Origin: Microcoleus sp.
Lineage (GTDB): Bacteria; Cyanobacteriota; Cyanobacteriia; Cyanobacteriales; Microcoleaceae
Length of the DNA stretch: 64,000 bases
Reading direction: 5' to 3'
NCBI GenBank assembly: GCA_042408215.1
Contig: JAYFMW010000020.1
Coordinates: 640,001 to 704,000 of the forward strand
Part shown: positions 9,028 to 18,700 of the stretch, in pieces
Numbering within the stretch: position 1 is the stretch's first letter
Layout of the letters: every line of letters begins with the position of its first letter
Translations under genes and position numbers: made by a program
Notes under the pieces: model-generated
Database searches by the model: none
What the model saw: the letters and a program-made list of their open reading frames with translations, nothing else
What the model was told of the DNA's origin: nothing

Positions 9028-11718
9028 ATGGCTTTACCTAAAGAAGAACCGACGGTTGAAAATCAGTTAGAGGGTTTTGTTTCTAAACCAGACTCACTCA
9101 CTGCGAGGGTCTCAACTGATATTGAACCGTTGCTGAATCTGCTGATAGAGCTCAAAATTGTTGCAGGTTCAGACTGGCAGAATGCAGAGTCTGAACCTGA
9201 TAGCATCGCTCAAAATCCTCAAGCTCAGGTACTCGGCGGCTTGAACGATTTGTTAGCTAGTTATGAGGAAGTTGCAGCAAGTGTCAAGCCAGAAACCCTC
9301 GCTCCCGAACCGGATTCTAGCGATCCTCTGGCTTTTATAGACGAGTTCAAAAGTTGGCTATTCGTTACTGAGAAACTCACGAGTGCTGAACTGGAAAAAA
9401 ACTATTCCTCAGTTAATACTATAGATGTTTTGGCGATCGACCAGGCGGATTTAGACCAGGAATCGCAGCAGATTCAGGACTTGTCTAGCTTGAAAATTCA
9501 AGATGCTCCACAGGAAGTACAGACAAAAAAATCCGAGGAGGGCGATCGCAATTTAGAGAATTTAACATATCCCGAAATAATTCCACATGATCCCGTAGTT
9601 ACAACAGCCTCATCACCACCAGAAACCGGATATTTAGATGCTGCGGTGGCTTCGGCTCTAGAAATGCCAAACTTACTAGAACAGCCGATCGCGCGAGGGC
9701 GACCGACAGAGATATTGGGACAAATAAAACAGGATATAAATGAAGCCGACAGCGCGATGGAAATGCTGCAAAATCTGATTTTCGGCTCCCAAATATCAGA
9801 TCTAGAGCAAGTGAAAAATCTCCTCGCAGAGAACGATTTGCCGGGAGTGCGGAACCTGATGGCAACAATCGACGATAAATTAGAAAAATTGGAGCACCAA
9901 ATTTACGATCCCCAACAGTTAATCGCGCTGCTCCTACCTTGGATCGCAGAAATTATCAGCCGCAAAATAACTGATTCCAAGGAAGAAGTAGTGCAGGCGG
10001 TCGTGCCAATGATCGCCGACGTGATTAGGGCGACAACTGTGGAAAATAAGCAGGCCATGAGCGCCGCTATAGCTGAATTACTCCCCGAAGCACTTGCTCA
10101 ACAAATACATAATTCGCCAGCAGAAATTGCTCATGCGATCGCCCCGGAAATCGGCATTGCAATTAAAGAGCAAATTCGCCTTGACAAAGAGGCGATCGCT
10201 CAAGCCCTAGCGCCGGAAATGGGCAAAGCGATTACAGCCCAAATTGAACTCGAACGCGACGCAATGGTGGATGCCCTCTATCCCGTAATTGGCAGTACGA
10301 TCTCTAAATACATGGCAGAAGCTATCAAGACAATCAATGAAAAAGTGTCAAATACCCTCAGCTTTGAAGGATTTCAGCGCAAAATTCGCTCCAAAGTACA
10401 AGGAGTTTCCGAAGCCGAATTAATCCTCCAAGAATCAATGCCCTTTACCGTCCAAGCAATATTCTTAATTCACAAAGCATCAGGCTTGGTAATTTCCGAA
10501 GCTCAACACTCAGGAAACTACCAGTTAGAATCGGAAATGGTAGCAGGAATGCTCACAGCTCTTCGCAGCTTTGTTAACGAGTGCATCATTCAGCCAGGAG
10601 AAATTTCCGAACTCAATCAAATTGAATATGGTGACTCCAAGATTATGCTAGAAGTAGCGGGATACTGCTACATGGCAGTCGTAATTAAAGGAGAACCGCC
10701 ACAATCGTTTATCGACCAAGTGCGGCAAACAGTCAGTAATCTGATCCTAAATTACGCTAAATTAATTCATGAGTTTAACGGCGATCCCGATACGATACCG
10801 GAGTCGTTGCACCCGTCGATCAAAAAATTATTTGACCAGCATAACCAGCAAAAAATAACTAAAAAGCCGATCGCCCTGATCGGCCTTTGCGGTGCAGTGC
10901 TGAGCTTAATTTTAGTACCTTGGGGAATCTATCAGTACCGCAGCAACATTGAGCGCAGCCTCGAAGCAAATGCCATTTCAGCTTTAGCATCGGCTCCCGA
11001 ATTAGCAGTTTACCGCTTAAACGTTGATGTGGAGGGCGAAACCTTAAAGTTAACCGGAAAGTTGCCAAATCCAGAATTGCGGACAAAGGCTGAAAAAATA
11101 GCTGCATCAACTGCACCAAATTTGAAATTAGATAATAAAATAGTCGCTGTAGATGTACCTCCCGATCCCGTTTTGACAGCGGCTGAGGTGCAGCGAATCA
11201 CCGCTGTTTTGAACAAAATGGAGGGCGTGTCTATTTCTAGTCGGTATGGCGATCGCAGAGTTACAGTAGAGGGAACTGTGATGCAGGCTGCAGACGCTCA
11301 GAAAATTGCTCAGTCTCTGAAGCAAATTCCCGGAGTTCAGTCGGCGATCGGCACTGTTAAATTAAATCCGTTGAAAATTGCAACCCGCATCTATTTCGAG
11401 CAGGGAATAGCCAGATTAGACTCTACACATCAAGAGACAATTGTCAATATCAAAGATTTTCTTAAACAGCATCCTCAAAAACGTATTAAGATAATTGGTC
11501 ATAGCGATCGCGTTGGTGAAGCTACCGCCAATCAGCAGTTGGCGCTGCTTCGCGCCGAAACAGTCCGAGATGCCCTCGTGCTGCAAGGAGTTGATCCGAA
11601 GCGCCTCCAAGTCTTCGGTAGCCCAAATCCTCCTGCTGGCGTGGAACCAAATCAACCGCTACTGTTAAGCAGATGCGTGCTATTTGAACCAATAACTAAG
11701 AGCATAAACGGCCAATAA
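9028..11718 (+). CDS. Membrane protein: acidic N-terminus, helical repeats, Roadblock/longin-like domain, one TM helix, two BON domains and an OmpA-like C-terminal domain
   Basis: TM segment IALIGLCGAVLSLILVPWGIY. BON-like LNVDVEGETLKLTG and VTVEGTV segments. OmpA_C motif IIGHSDRVG..ANQQLALLRAETVRDAL. Confidence 0.85.
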   Translation: MALPKEEPTVENQLEGFVSKPDSLTARVSTDIEPLLNLLIELKIVAGSDWQNAESEPDSIAQNPQAQVLGGLNDLLASYEEVAASVKPETLAPEPDSSDPLAFIDEFKSWLFVTEKLTSAELEKNYSSVNTIDVLAIDQADLDQESQQIQDLSSLKIQDAPQEVQTKKSEEGDRNLENLTYPEIIPHDPVVTTASSPPETGYLDAAVASALEMPNLLEQPIARGRPTEILGQIKQDINEADSAMEMLQNLIFGSQISDLEQVKNLLAENDLPGVRNLMATIDDKLEKLEHQIYDPQQLIALLLPWIAEIISRKITDSKEEVVQAVVPMIADVIRATTVENKQAMSAAIAELLPEALAQQIHNSPAEIAHAIAPEIGIAIKEQIRLDKEAIAQALAPEMGKAITAQIELERDAMVDALYPVIGSTISKYMAEAIKTINEKVSNTLSFEGFQRKIRSKVQGVSEAELILQESMPFTVQAIFLIHKASGLVISEAQHSGNYQLESEMVAGMLTALRSFVNECIIQPGEISELNQIEYGDSKIMLEVAGYCYMAVVIKGEPPQSFIDQVRQTVSNLILNYAKLIHEFNGDPDTIPESLHPSIKKLFDQHNQQKITKKPIALIGLCGAVLSLILVPWGIYQYRSNIERSLEANAISALASAPELAVYRLNVDVEGETLKLTGKLPNPELRTKAEKIAASTAPNLKLDNKIVAVDVPPDPVLTAAEVQRITAVLNKMEGVSISSRYGDRRVTVEGTVMQAADAQKIAQSLKQIPGVQSAIGTVKLNPLKIATRIYFEQGIARLDSTHQETIVNIKDFLKQHPQKRIKIIGHSDRVGEATANQQLALLRAETVRDALVLQGVDPKRLQVFGSPNPPAGVEPNQPLLLSRCVLFEPITKSINGQ

Positions 11719-11720
11719 CT

Positions 11721-12248
11721 ATGTCAGTTACTATATCTAAAAAAATGTGCATGATCGGGGATTTTGGCGTGGGTAAAACCAGCTTAATCCGCCGTTTTGT
11801 CGATCGGCAATTCAGCGACCAGTACCTGAGCACTGTCGGAGTAAAAATTTCCCGCAAAAGCGTAGAATTATCAGGTGTAAAACAGCGGGAAAACGTCACA
11901 GCCCAGTTGCTGATTTGGGACTTAGAAGGGCATACAAAATTCAAAGGAATCGCCCCGACTTACTTGCAGGGTTCAGGCGGCGTTTTAATAGTTGCCGATG
12001 TCAGCCGCCCAGAAACAGTCGAACGAATTTCCGAACACATTCAGCTTTTTTCTTCAGTTAACCCTAAAGGAGCAATTATCATCGCTTTGAACAAAGTAGA
12101 CTTGATTGACGAAGAAAAATTGGCCCTGCTAGTCGAAATTGCCCATTCAATAGGTCAAGACAAAGTAATAGCAGTTTACACAACATCTGCGAAAACAGGA
12201 AAAGACGTTGATGAAATTTTTCATAAACTAGCTTATACAATGGTATAA
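11721..12248 (+). CDS. Stand-alone Rab/Ras-like small GTPase
   Basis: G1 GDFGVGKTS, G2 YLSTVG, G3 WDLEG, G4 NKVD, G5 TSAK. 175 aa, no CAAX tail. Confidence 0.92.
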   Translation: MSVTISKKMCMIGDFGVGKTSLIRRFVDRQFSDQYLSTVGVKISRKSVELSGVKQRENVTAQLLIWDLEGHTKFKGIAPTYLQGSGGVLIVADVSRPETVERISEHIQLFSSVNPKGAIIIALNKVDLIDEEKLALLVEIAHSIGQDKVIAVYTTSAKTGKDVDEIFHKLAYTMV

Positions 12249-12253
12249 CAAGC

Positions 12254-12457
12254 ATGAACCTCTTGTTGAAAAAACTCCTAAGCCCGCGACAAACTGAGTA
12301 TTTTATTGTCAATGAAAATTTCATCATTCAGGAAACCTCCGCTTCTGTGCAGCAGTGTGTAGACTTACACGGCGGTCAAATCGAATTTTCCAGCGGAACA
12401 GGGTTAGGTACTACTTTCATAGTAACAATTCCCTTTGACAAACAGACGCAAATATAG
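12254..12457 (+). pseudogene. Internally deleted histidine kinase remnant
   Basis: The first ~32 aa resemble the N-terminus of the downstream cyclase. The rest (VDLHGGQIEFSSGTGLGTTFIVTIP) is a HATPase_c C-terminus. Confidence 0.7.
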
Positions 12458-12493
12458 CCTTTCTCAGTAACAGTGCGGTGCACGCTTGATAAG

Positions 12494-12562
12494 CGGGCAT
12501 AGGCATAGGGCATAGGGCATAGGGCATAGGGCATAGGGCATAGGGCATAGGGCATAGGGCAT
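12494..12562. repeat. STRR heptamer array (GGGCATA)n
   Basis: About 9-10 tandem copies. Confidence 0.9.
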
Positions 12563-12639
12563 ACCTCACCAAGATTGAGAAATGCTATAGATTAATCTCA
12601 GATTCCTTGATCGGGCGCATTTACTACTAAAAATCAGAC

Positions 12640-15423
12640 ATGAAAACCCTGTTTAAAAAACTGTTGGTTCCCCACCACTTGGAGTATCTGGCACTGGATA
12701 GAGACTTTTTAATCCAAGAAATCTCTCCCAAAGTGCAGCGGTTTGCAGACTGTCCCAAGGAAGTGACGACGGGAAATGATGTCCGCATTCCATTTCCAGA
12801 ATTGGTAGGAAGTGAAGAAATTTTAATCGATATTTTTGAAGGGCGTTTGCCAAATTTTGAGTTAAAAGCGATGACGCGGGTTTTCGAGAATAACTCGCGG
12901 CTCTATTTTGATATGTACATAGTCGATTTCCCAACTGACGAAAATTATCAAACATTGATTATATTTTTTGAAGACGTAACAGACAGGATGGGTTTGGAAC
13001 AAACTCTTGTTCAGGCTACCAATGAAATGAATATTTTATTGAGTACCTTAGCAGCTACTAATAAGTATGTTGAAAAAATTATTACTTCAATGGCAGAAGT
13101 TTTGTTGGTGACAACGGCGTCGGGAAAAATTAAAAAAGTCAATCAAGCGGCTCAAGATTTGTTTGGTTACAGTGAATCGGAATTAGTAGGACGAAAAATA
13201 AATGCGATCGCGGCGGAGGGCGAATCTTTGTACGCAGTCAGCCAGCAGCCTCAATTATCTCAAACTAACACTGAAGTAATTTGCTTGCGGAAAACTGGAG
13301 AAAGACTGACAGTGGCCTTTTCCTGCACAGCGATTCCGACTGAGATTAAGAGTATTTCTGAAGCAAAGGCTACCGTTCAAGATTTCGTGTACATTGGCCG
13401 CGATGTTACAGATAAACAGCGAGCCAGCAAGCGAAAAGTAGTTCAGTATGCTACTACCCGGAGCCTCTCGGAATGCGAAACAGTCAAAATGGCGATCGCA
13501 GAAATTCTCCCTGTAGTTTGCCATAGTTTGGGATGGCAAGCTGCCGAACTTTGGATGCCAGAAATAGGCGAAAAACTGCTGTCAGCAACTAAGAGAAAAA
13601 TTCCGATTTCCGATCCAAATTTGCTCCGGTGCGTCGCCCGTTGGACAAAACGCTCAATTTCCATTCCCAAATTTGTAGAAGTTGCCGAACAAATGACATT
13701 TGCAGTGGGGGAAGGATTTACCGGTCGCGTTTGGGGCAGTGGTTCCTCTGAGTGGATTGCAGATGTGGCAGAAAACGACACATTTATACGCAGAGAAATT
13801 GCCGCTGAAGAAGGAATCCACGGAGCTTTTGGCTTCCCAATTTTGGGTGACTACGACCAGGAACTGTCGGCGAGGTCTGTTTTGGGAGTGATGACTGTCT
13901 TCAGCCTAGAAGTGCAGTCTTTTGATGAAGAATTGCTCCAGACAATGACAACAATTGGCAGCGAAATCGGTCAATTCATCAAGCGCAAACAAGCAGAATC
14001 TGCCCTGCGGGAAAGTGAAGAAAAACTGCGAGACTTATTTGAAAATGCTAGTGACTTAATTCAAAGCATTGGAGCCGACGGTAATTTTTTGTACGTCAAT
14101 CGGGCTTGGGAAAAAACTCTCGGATACAGTGAAGCAGAGATTGCTAGTATGACAGTTTTTGACATTATTCATCCCAATAGTTCCCAAGAGTCTATAGATA
14201 TATTATATCAAGCTATTAACAAGAAAACCATCTATGAAAATACATTTTATCCCGACTCGATTCAAGCAATATTTATTACCAAATACAACCAACCAATCTG
14301 GCTGGAAGGGAGCATAAGCTGTAAATTTGCCGAGGGTCAGCTAGTGGCAATTCGTGCCATTTTGCGAGATATTACCGCCCGCAAACAAGCCGAAGATGCC
14401 CTCGCAAAATCTGTGTCTTTGCTGCAAGCAACGTTTGATTCTACTGCTGACGGGATTTTGGCCATCGATCGCACTGGCAGAATAGTCACTTACAATCGAG
14501 AATTCGTAGAAATGTGGGGCATACCCAACGAAGTGATGGCACTGCGAGACGACGCAACAATGGTCGCCTTTGTGCTAGAACAACTTAAAGAACCCGAAGC
14601 ATTCCAAGATAGAATAGAATCGCTTTACGAGCAGCCAGAAGCGGAAAGTTACGACTTGTTGGAATTTAAAGACGGCAGATATTTTGAACGCTATTCTGAA
14701 CCCCAGTGGCTGGGAGATAAAATTATCGGCAGAGTTTGGAGTTACCACGACATCACTGAACGCAAGCAAGCAGAAGATGCCCTCCGGGAAGAACAGGAAA
14801 AATCCGAAAAGCTGCTGCTAAATATATTGCCGAAGGCTATAGCAGAACGGCTGAAACGAAACGAAACTACTATTGCAGAATACTTTCCAGAAGTGACCGT
14901 TTTGTTTGCAGATATTGTGGGCTTTACACACTTGTCTACCCTGATGAATCCCATCGACCTTGTGGAGTTGCTCAACCAAATTTTTTCAAGCTTTGACATG
15001 ATTTGCGATCGGCTCGGCTTAGAGAAAATTAAGACAATTGGTGACGCCTACATGGTAGTAGGAGGATTACCGGAGCCTAGGGCGGATCACGCCGAAGCGA
15101 TCGCCCAAATGGCCCTAGATATGCAAAGAGAAATAGCTCGATTTAATGCTCACAATAACAAATATTTCAGCATCCGCATCGGCATCCACAGTGGCCCGGT
15201 TGTTGCGGGAGTAATTGGCATCAAAAAGTTTATTTACGATTTGTGGGGTGACACGGTAAATATTGCTTCCCGCATGGAATCTCACGGTTTGCCTTGGCGG
15301 ATTCAAGTCAGCGAAGATACTTATAAGTTATTGGAACACAAATACTTATTTGATGAGCGGGGAACGGTTAATGTTAAAGGCAAAGGGGCAATGACAACTT
15401 ATTTGCTTATTGGTGAAAAATAA
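12640..15423 (+). CDS. PAS/GAF-regulated class III adenylate cyclase
   Basis: LFADIVGFT, KIKTIGDAYM and YDLWGDTVNIASRMES, with Lys/Asp ATP-specificity residues. Several PAS domains and a GAF domain. Confidence 0.92.
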   Translation: MKTLFKKLLVPHHLEYLALDRDFLIQEISPKVQRFADCPKEVTTGNDVRIPFPELVGSEEILIDIFEGRLPNFELKAMTRVFENNSRLYFDMYIVDFPTDENYQTLIIFFEDVTDRMGLEQTLVQATNEMNILLSTLAATNKYVEKIITSMAEVLLVTTASGKIKKVNQAAQDLFGYSESELVGRKINAIAAEGESLYAVSQQPQLSQTNTEVICLRKTGERLTVAFSCTAIPTEIKSISEAKATVQDFVYIGRDVTDKQRASKRKVVQYATTRSLSECETVKMAIAEILPVVCHSLGWQAAELWMPEIGEKLLSATKRKIPISDPNLLRCVARWTKRSISIPKFVEVAEQMTFAVGEGFTGRVWGSGSSEWIADVAENDTFIRREIAAEEGIHGAFGFPILGDYDQELSARSVLGVMTVFSLEVQSFDEELLQTMTTIGSEIGQFIKRKQAESALRESEEKLRDLFENASDLIQSIGADGNFLYVNRAWEKTLGYSEAEIASMTVFDIIHPNSSQESIDILYQAINKKTIYENTFYPDSIQAIFITKYNQPIWLEGSISCKFAEGQLVAIRAILRDITARKQAEDALAKSVSLLQATFDSTADGILAIDRTGRIVTYNREFVEMWGIPNEVMALRDDATMVAFVLEQLKEPEAFQDRIESLYEQPEAESYDLLEFKDGRYFERYSEPQWLGDKIIGRVWSYHDITERKQAEDALREEQEKSEKLLLNILPKAIAERLKRNETTIAEYFPEVTVLFADIVGFTHLSTLMNPIDLVELLNQIFSSFDMICDRLGLEKIKTIGDAYMVVGGLPEPRADHAEAIAQMALDMQREIARFNAHNNKYFSIRIGIHSGPVVAGVIGIKKFIYDLWGDTVNIASRMESHGLPWRIQVSEDTYKLLEHKYLFDERGTVNVKGKGAMTTYLLIGEK

Positions 15424-15427
15424 GCTT

Positions 15428-15710
15428 TGTCATTAGTCATTAGTCATTGGTCATTAGTCATTAGTCATTGGTCATTGGTAATTGGGAATAGGTAATTGGG
15501 AATGGGGAATTGGGAATGGGGAATTCGTAATTCGTAATTAGTTATTGGTTATGGGTTATTAGTTATTAGTTATGGGTTATTAGTTATTCTTAGTAATTGG
15601 TAATGATTTATTAGGAATTGAACACAACTCACAACTAACAATCAACAAATAACAACTCACAACTCACAACTCACAACTCACAACTCACAACTCACAACTC
15701 ACAACTAACT
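15428..15710. repeat. Mixed STRR heptamer arrays (GTCATTA/G, GGGAATT/G, GTTATTA, CACAACT)
   Basis: Direct reading of the sequence. Confidence 0.85.
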
Positions 15711-15764
15711 ACTGAGTAAAAGTATTGCTAAAGTTAGTTTAGCAACCGAAACAAGTCAAGACTC

Positions 15765-18700
15765 ATGGAACTTGCCAATTTGCCAATATTTTCATCATCA
15801 CCCCTAGAAGCGATCGATCGCCATCCTCTGACAGTTGCACCGGAAACTAGGCTTGTAGATGCGATCGCCCTGATGAGTCAGGCGATCGATCCTGGTGCGC
15901 TACCTAATGCACAACCGCTGCTAGACTCAAGGGGAACAGCAAAAGCATCGACTGGTTGTCTCCTAGTTATCGATGGAAATCAGCTAGTTGGACTGCTAAG
16001 CGAGGGAGATGTGGTGAACTTAATCGCCACAGAATCCTGTTGGCAAGAAAGGAAAGTTGCCGACGTAATAAAGCGGAATTTTATGACTCTGAAAGTATCG
16101 GAATTTACAGATGTTTTGACAGCAATTAACCTATTTTGTCAACACTCCATCGACCAATTGCCAATCATAGACGATGGAGGTCAGTTAGTAGGTTTAGTAA
16201 CTGAAAAAAACCTGCGATTAGAAATGTACAATCTGGTAAAAATGTGGCAACAAGAAGTTGTACATCTGCTGGAAAAACCCTCTAAAAAATTAGAAAATAA
16301 GTCAGAAATCGAACAAGGAGTCAGCTACGAAAAACAGGTCGAAAATGATGTTTTGCGGGAGAGCGAATCCCGCTACCGGGAAATTGTGGAAGACCAAACC
16401 GAACTGATTTGCCGCTACCTACCCGACGGCAGAATGACATTTGTTAATGAAGCTTACTGTCGTTATTTTGGTGTGCAACCAGAAGACTTGCTGGGTAATA
16501 GCTTTATACCAATGATTTTAGGAGAAGACCGAGAATATTTTTGGGAGCAATATAATTTGCTGTCTCCTGAAAAGCCATTTTTTACTTCCGAACACCGAGT
16601 GATTTTGCCCAGCGGCGAAATTCGCACTCAGCAGTGGATCGATCGGGCTATATTTGACGAGACGGGACAAATCATTGAGTATCAAGCTGTGGGCAGGGAT
16701 GTGAGCGATCGTAAACAAGCAGAAACCTATGAGCAACAACTCAACGCAGAGTTAGAACAGCGAGTCCAGCATTGCACTGAACGGTACGAACTGGCAGTTA
16801 CAGCAGGCAAATTAGTCGAAGAGAAACTGCGAAACTCCGAAGCAGAACTGCAAGCACTTTTTGATGCGATGACCGATATTGTGCTGGTGCTCGATGCCGA
16901 AGGTCGCTACGTCAAAATCGCACCCTCGGCGGCCTCACTGCTGTACAAACCCTCTGAAGAATTGCTGGGCAAAACTGTCGTGGAAGTTCTACCATTGCCA
17001 GAAGCCGAACTCTGTCTCAGCTACATAGAGCGCACGCTGAGAACTCAGCAGACGGAGAGAATTGATTACACTCTGGAAATTGGTGGTAAGTTAATCTGGT
17101 TTGAGGCAAGTATTTCGCCCTTTGGGGTCGATCGAGTAATTTTGGTAGCGCGAGACATTACTCAGCGTAAATTGACAGAAGCTGCACTGCAAAAGAGCGA
17201 GGAAAAGTTTCGCAACTTATTTGACGATGCTCCGATCGCCCTGAGTTTGGCAAGGGTGGGCGACTTTCGCATGGTCAAAGTGAATGAGGCTCACCGCCAG
17301 ATGTTCGGCTACAGCGACTCAGAGTTGGCGGCAATGAGTTTTGCTGATGTCACCCACCCAGAAGATTTAGAAGCAGATTTAGAGCAAGTCAAGCAGCTTG
17401 TAGAAGGCTATATTCCTCGGTTCCAAATAGAAAAACGCTGTAGGAAAAAGAACGGCGAATTGATCTGGGTCAACTTGACGGTGACACTGATTCGCGCTCT
17501 GGATGGCAGTCCCCTTTACACTATGGCTGCGATCGAAGATATCAGCGATAGCAAGGCAGCAGAATTGCAATTACAGCAGTTGAAAGAACGGTTGCAATTT
17601 TTGCTGGCTTCTAATCCGGCGGTAATTTTTACTGTCTCGCCTGAAGGGGATTTTGGTACTACTTATATTAGCGATAATGTGAGGGCGATCGTCGGTTACA
17701 ACCCGGAAGATTTTTTAGCGGATGCTTATTTCTGGTGCTGTCACATTCACCCTGAAGATCTCATGCAATTTTTAGTTGCTTTATCGGATTTATCGGAGCA
17801 AGAAAATCGTATTTGCGAGTATCGTTTTTTGCATAGAGATGGAATATACCGCTGGCTGCGGACGGAACTAAAATTATTAGTAGACAGTAGGAAAAAACCG
17901 ATCGAAATTATTGGTTACGCCGCCGACATCAGCAATTCCAAATGTGCCGAAATCACCCTGCAGCAGCAGTTCGAGCAAGAGCGGCTGGTCGAGGCGATCG
18001 CCCGTCGTGTCCGCCAGTCTTTGCAATTAGAGGAAATTCTCAACACAACTGTTGCCGAACTTCAGCAAGTATTGCTAGCCGATCGAGTTTTGGTTTATCA
18101 AATTTTACCCGATGGTCGTGGCCAAGTCATTGCGGAAGCCGTTGCAGACGGATGCAGTCACATCCTGAATACTATTTTTTCAGCAGAGGCTTTAGGGCTA
18201 GCCAACTACCAGGATTATTTACAATTTCCCATTGATGATGTATCTGAGCAAGAGGCACTGATTTCACCTGGTTTGATAGATTTATTGCCAGAAATTGAAG
18301 TCAGGGCTAAGTTAATAGTGCCAATTTTTCAGCTAAATCAACTCTGGGGATTGCTGATTGCTCACCAGTGCGATCGAGACCGGAATTGGCGAGAATGGGA
18401 AGTAAATTTATTTCAGCAATTAGCTAATCAATTAGCGATCGCCATTCAGCAATCTCTGCTTTACCAGCAATTGCAAGCTGAACTGAGCGATCGCAAACAA
18501 GCTGAAGAAAATTTAAAGACATCCCTGAAAGAAAAAGAAATTTTGCTCAAAGAAATTCACCACCGCGTCAAAAACAATCTCTGCGTAGTCGCCAGTCTTT
18601 TAGAACTGCAATCTGAAACCGTTGCTGACCCGCAGCTAGCCAAAATGTTTGAAGAAAGTCAGAATCGCCTTTACTCTATGGCTCTGATTCACGAGAAACT

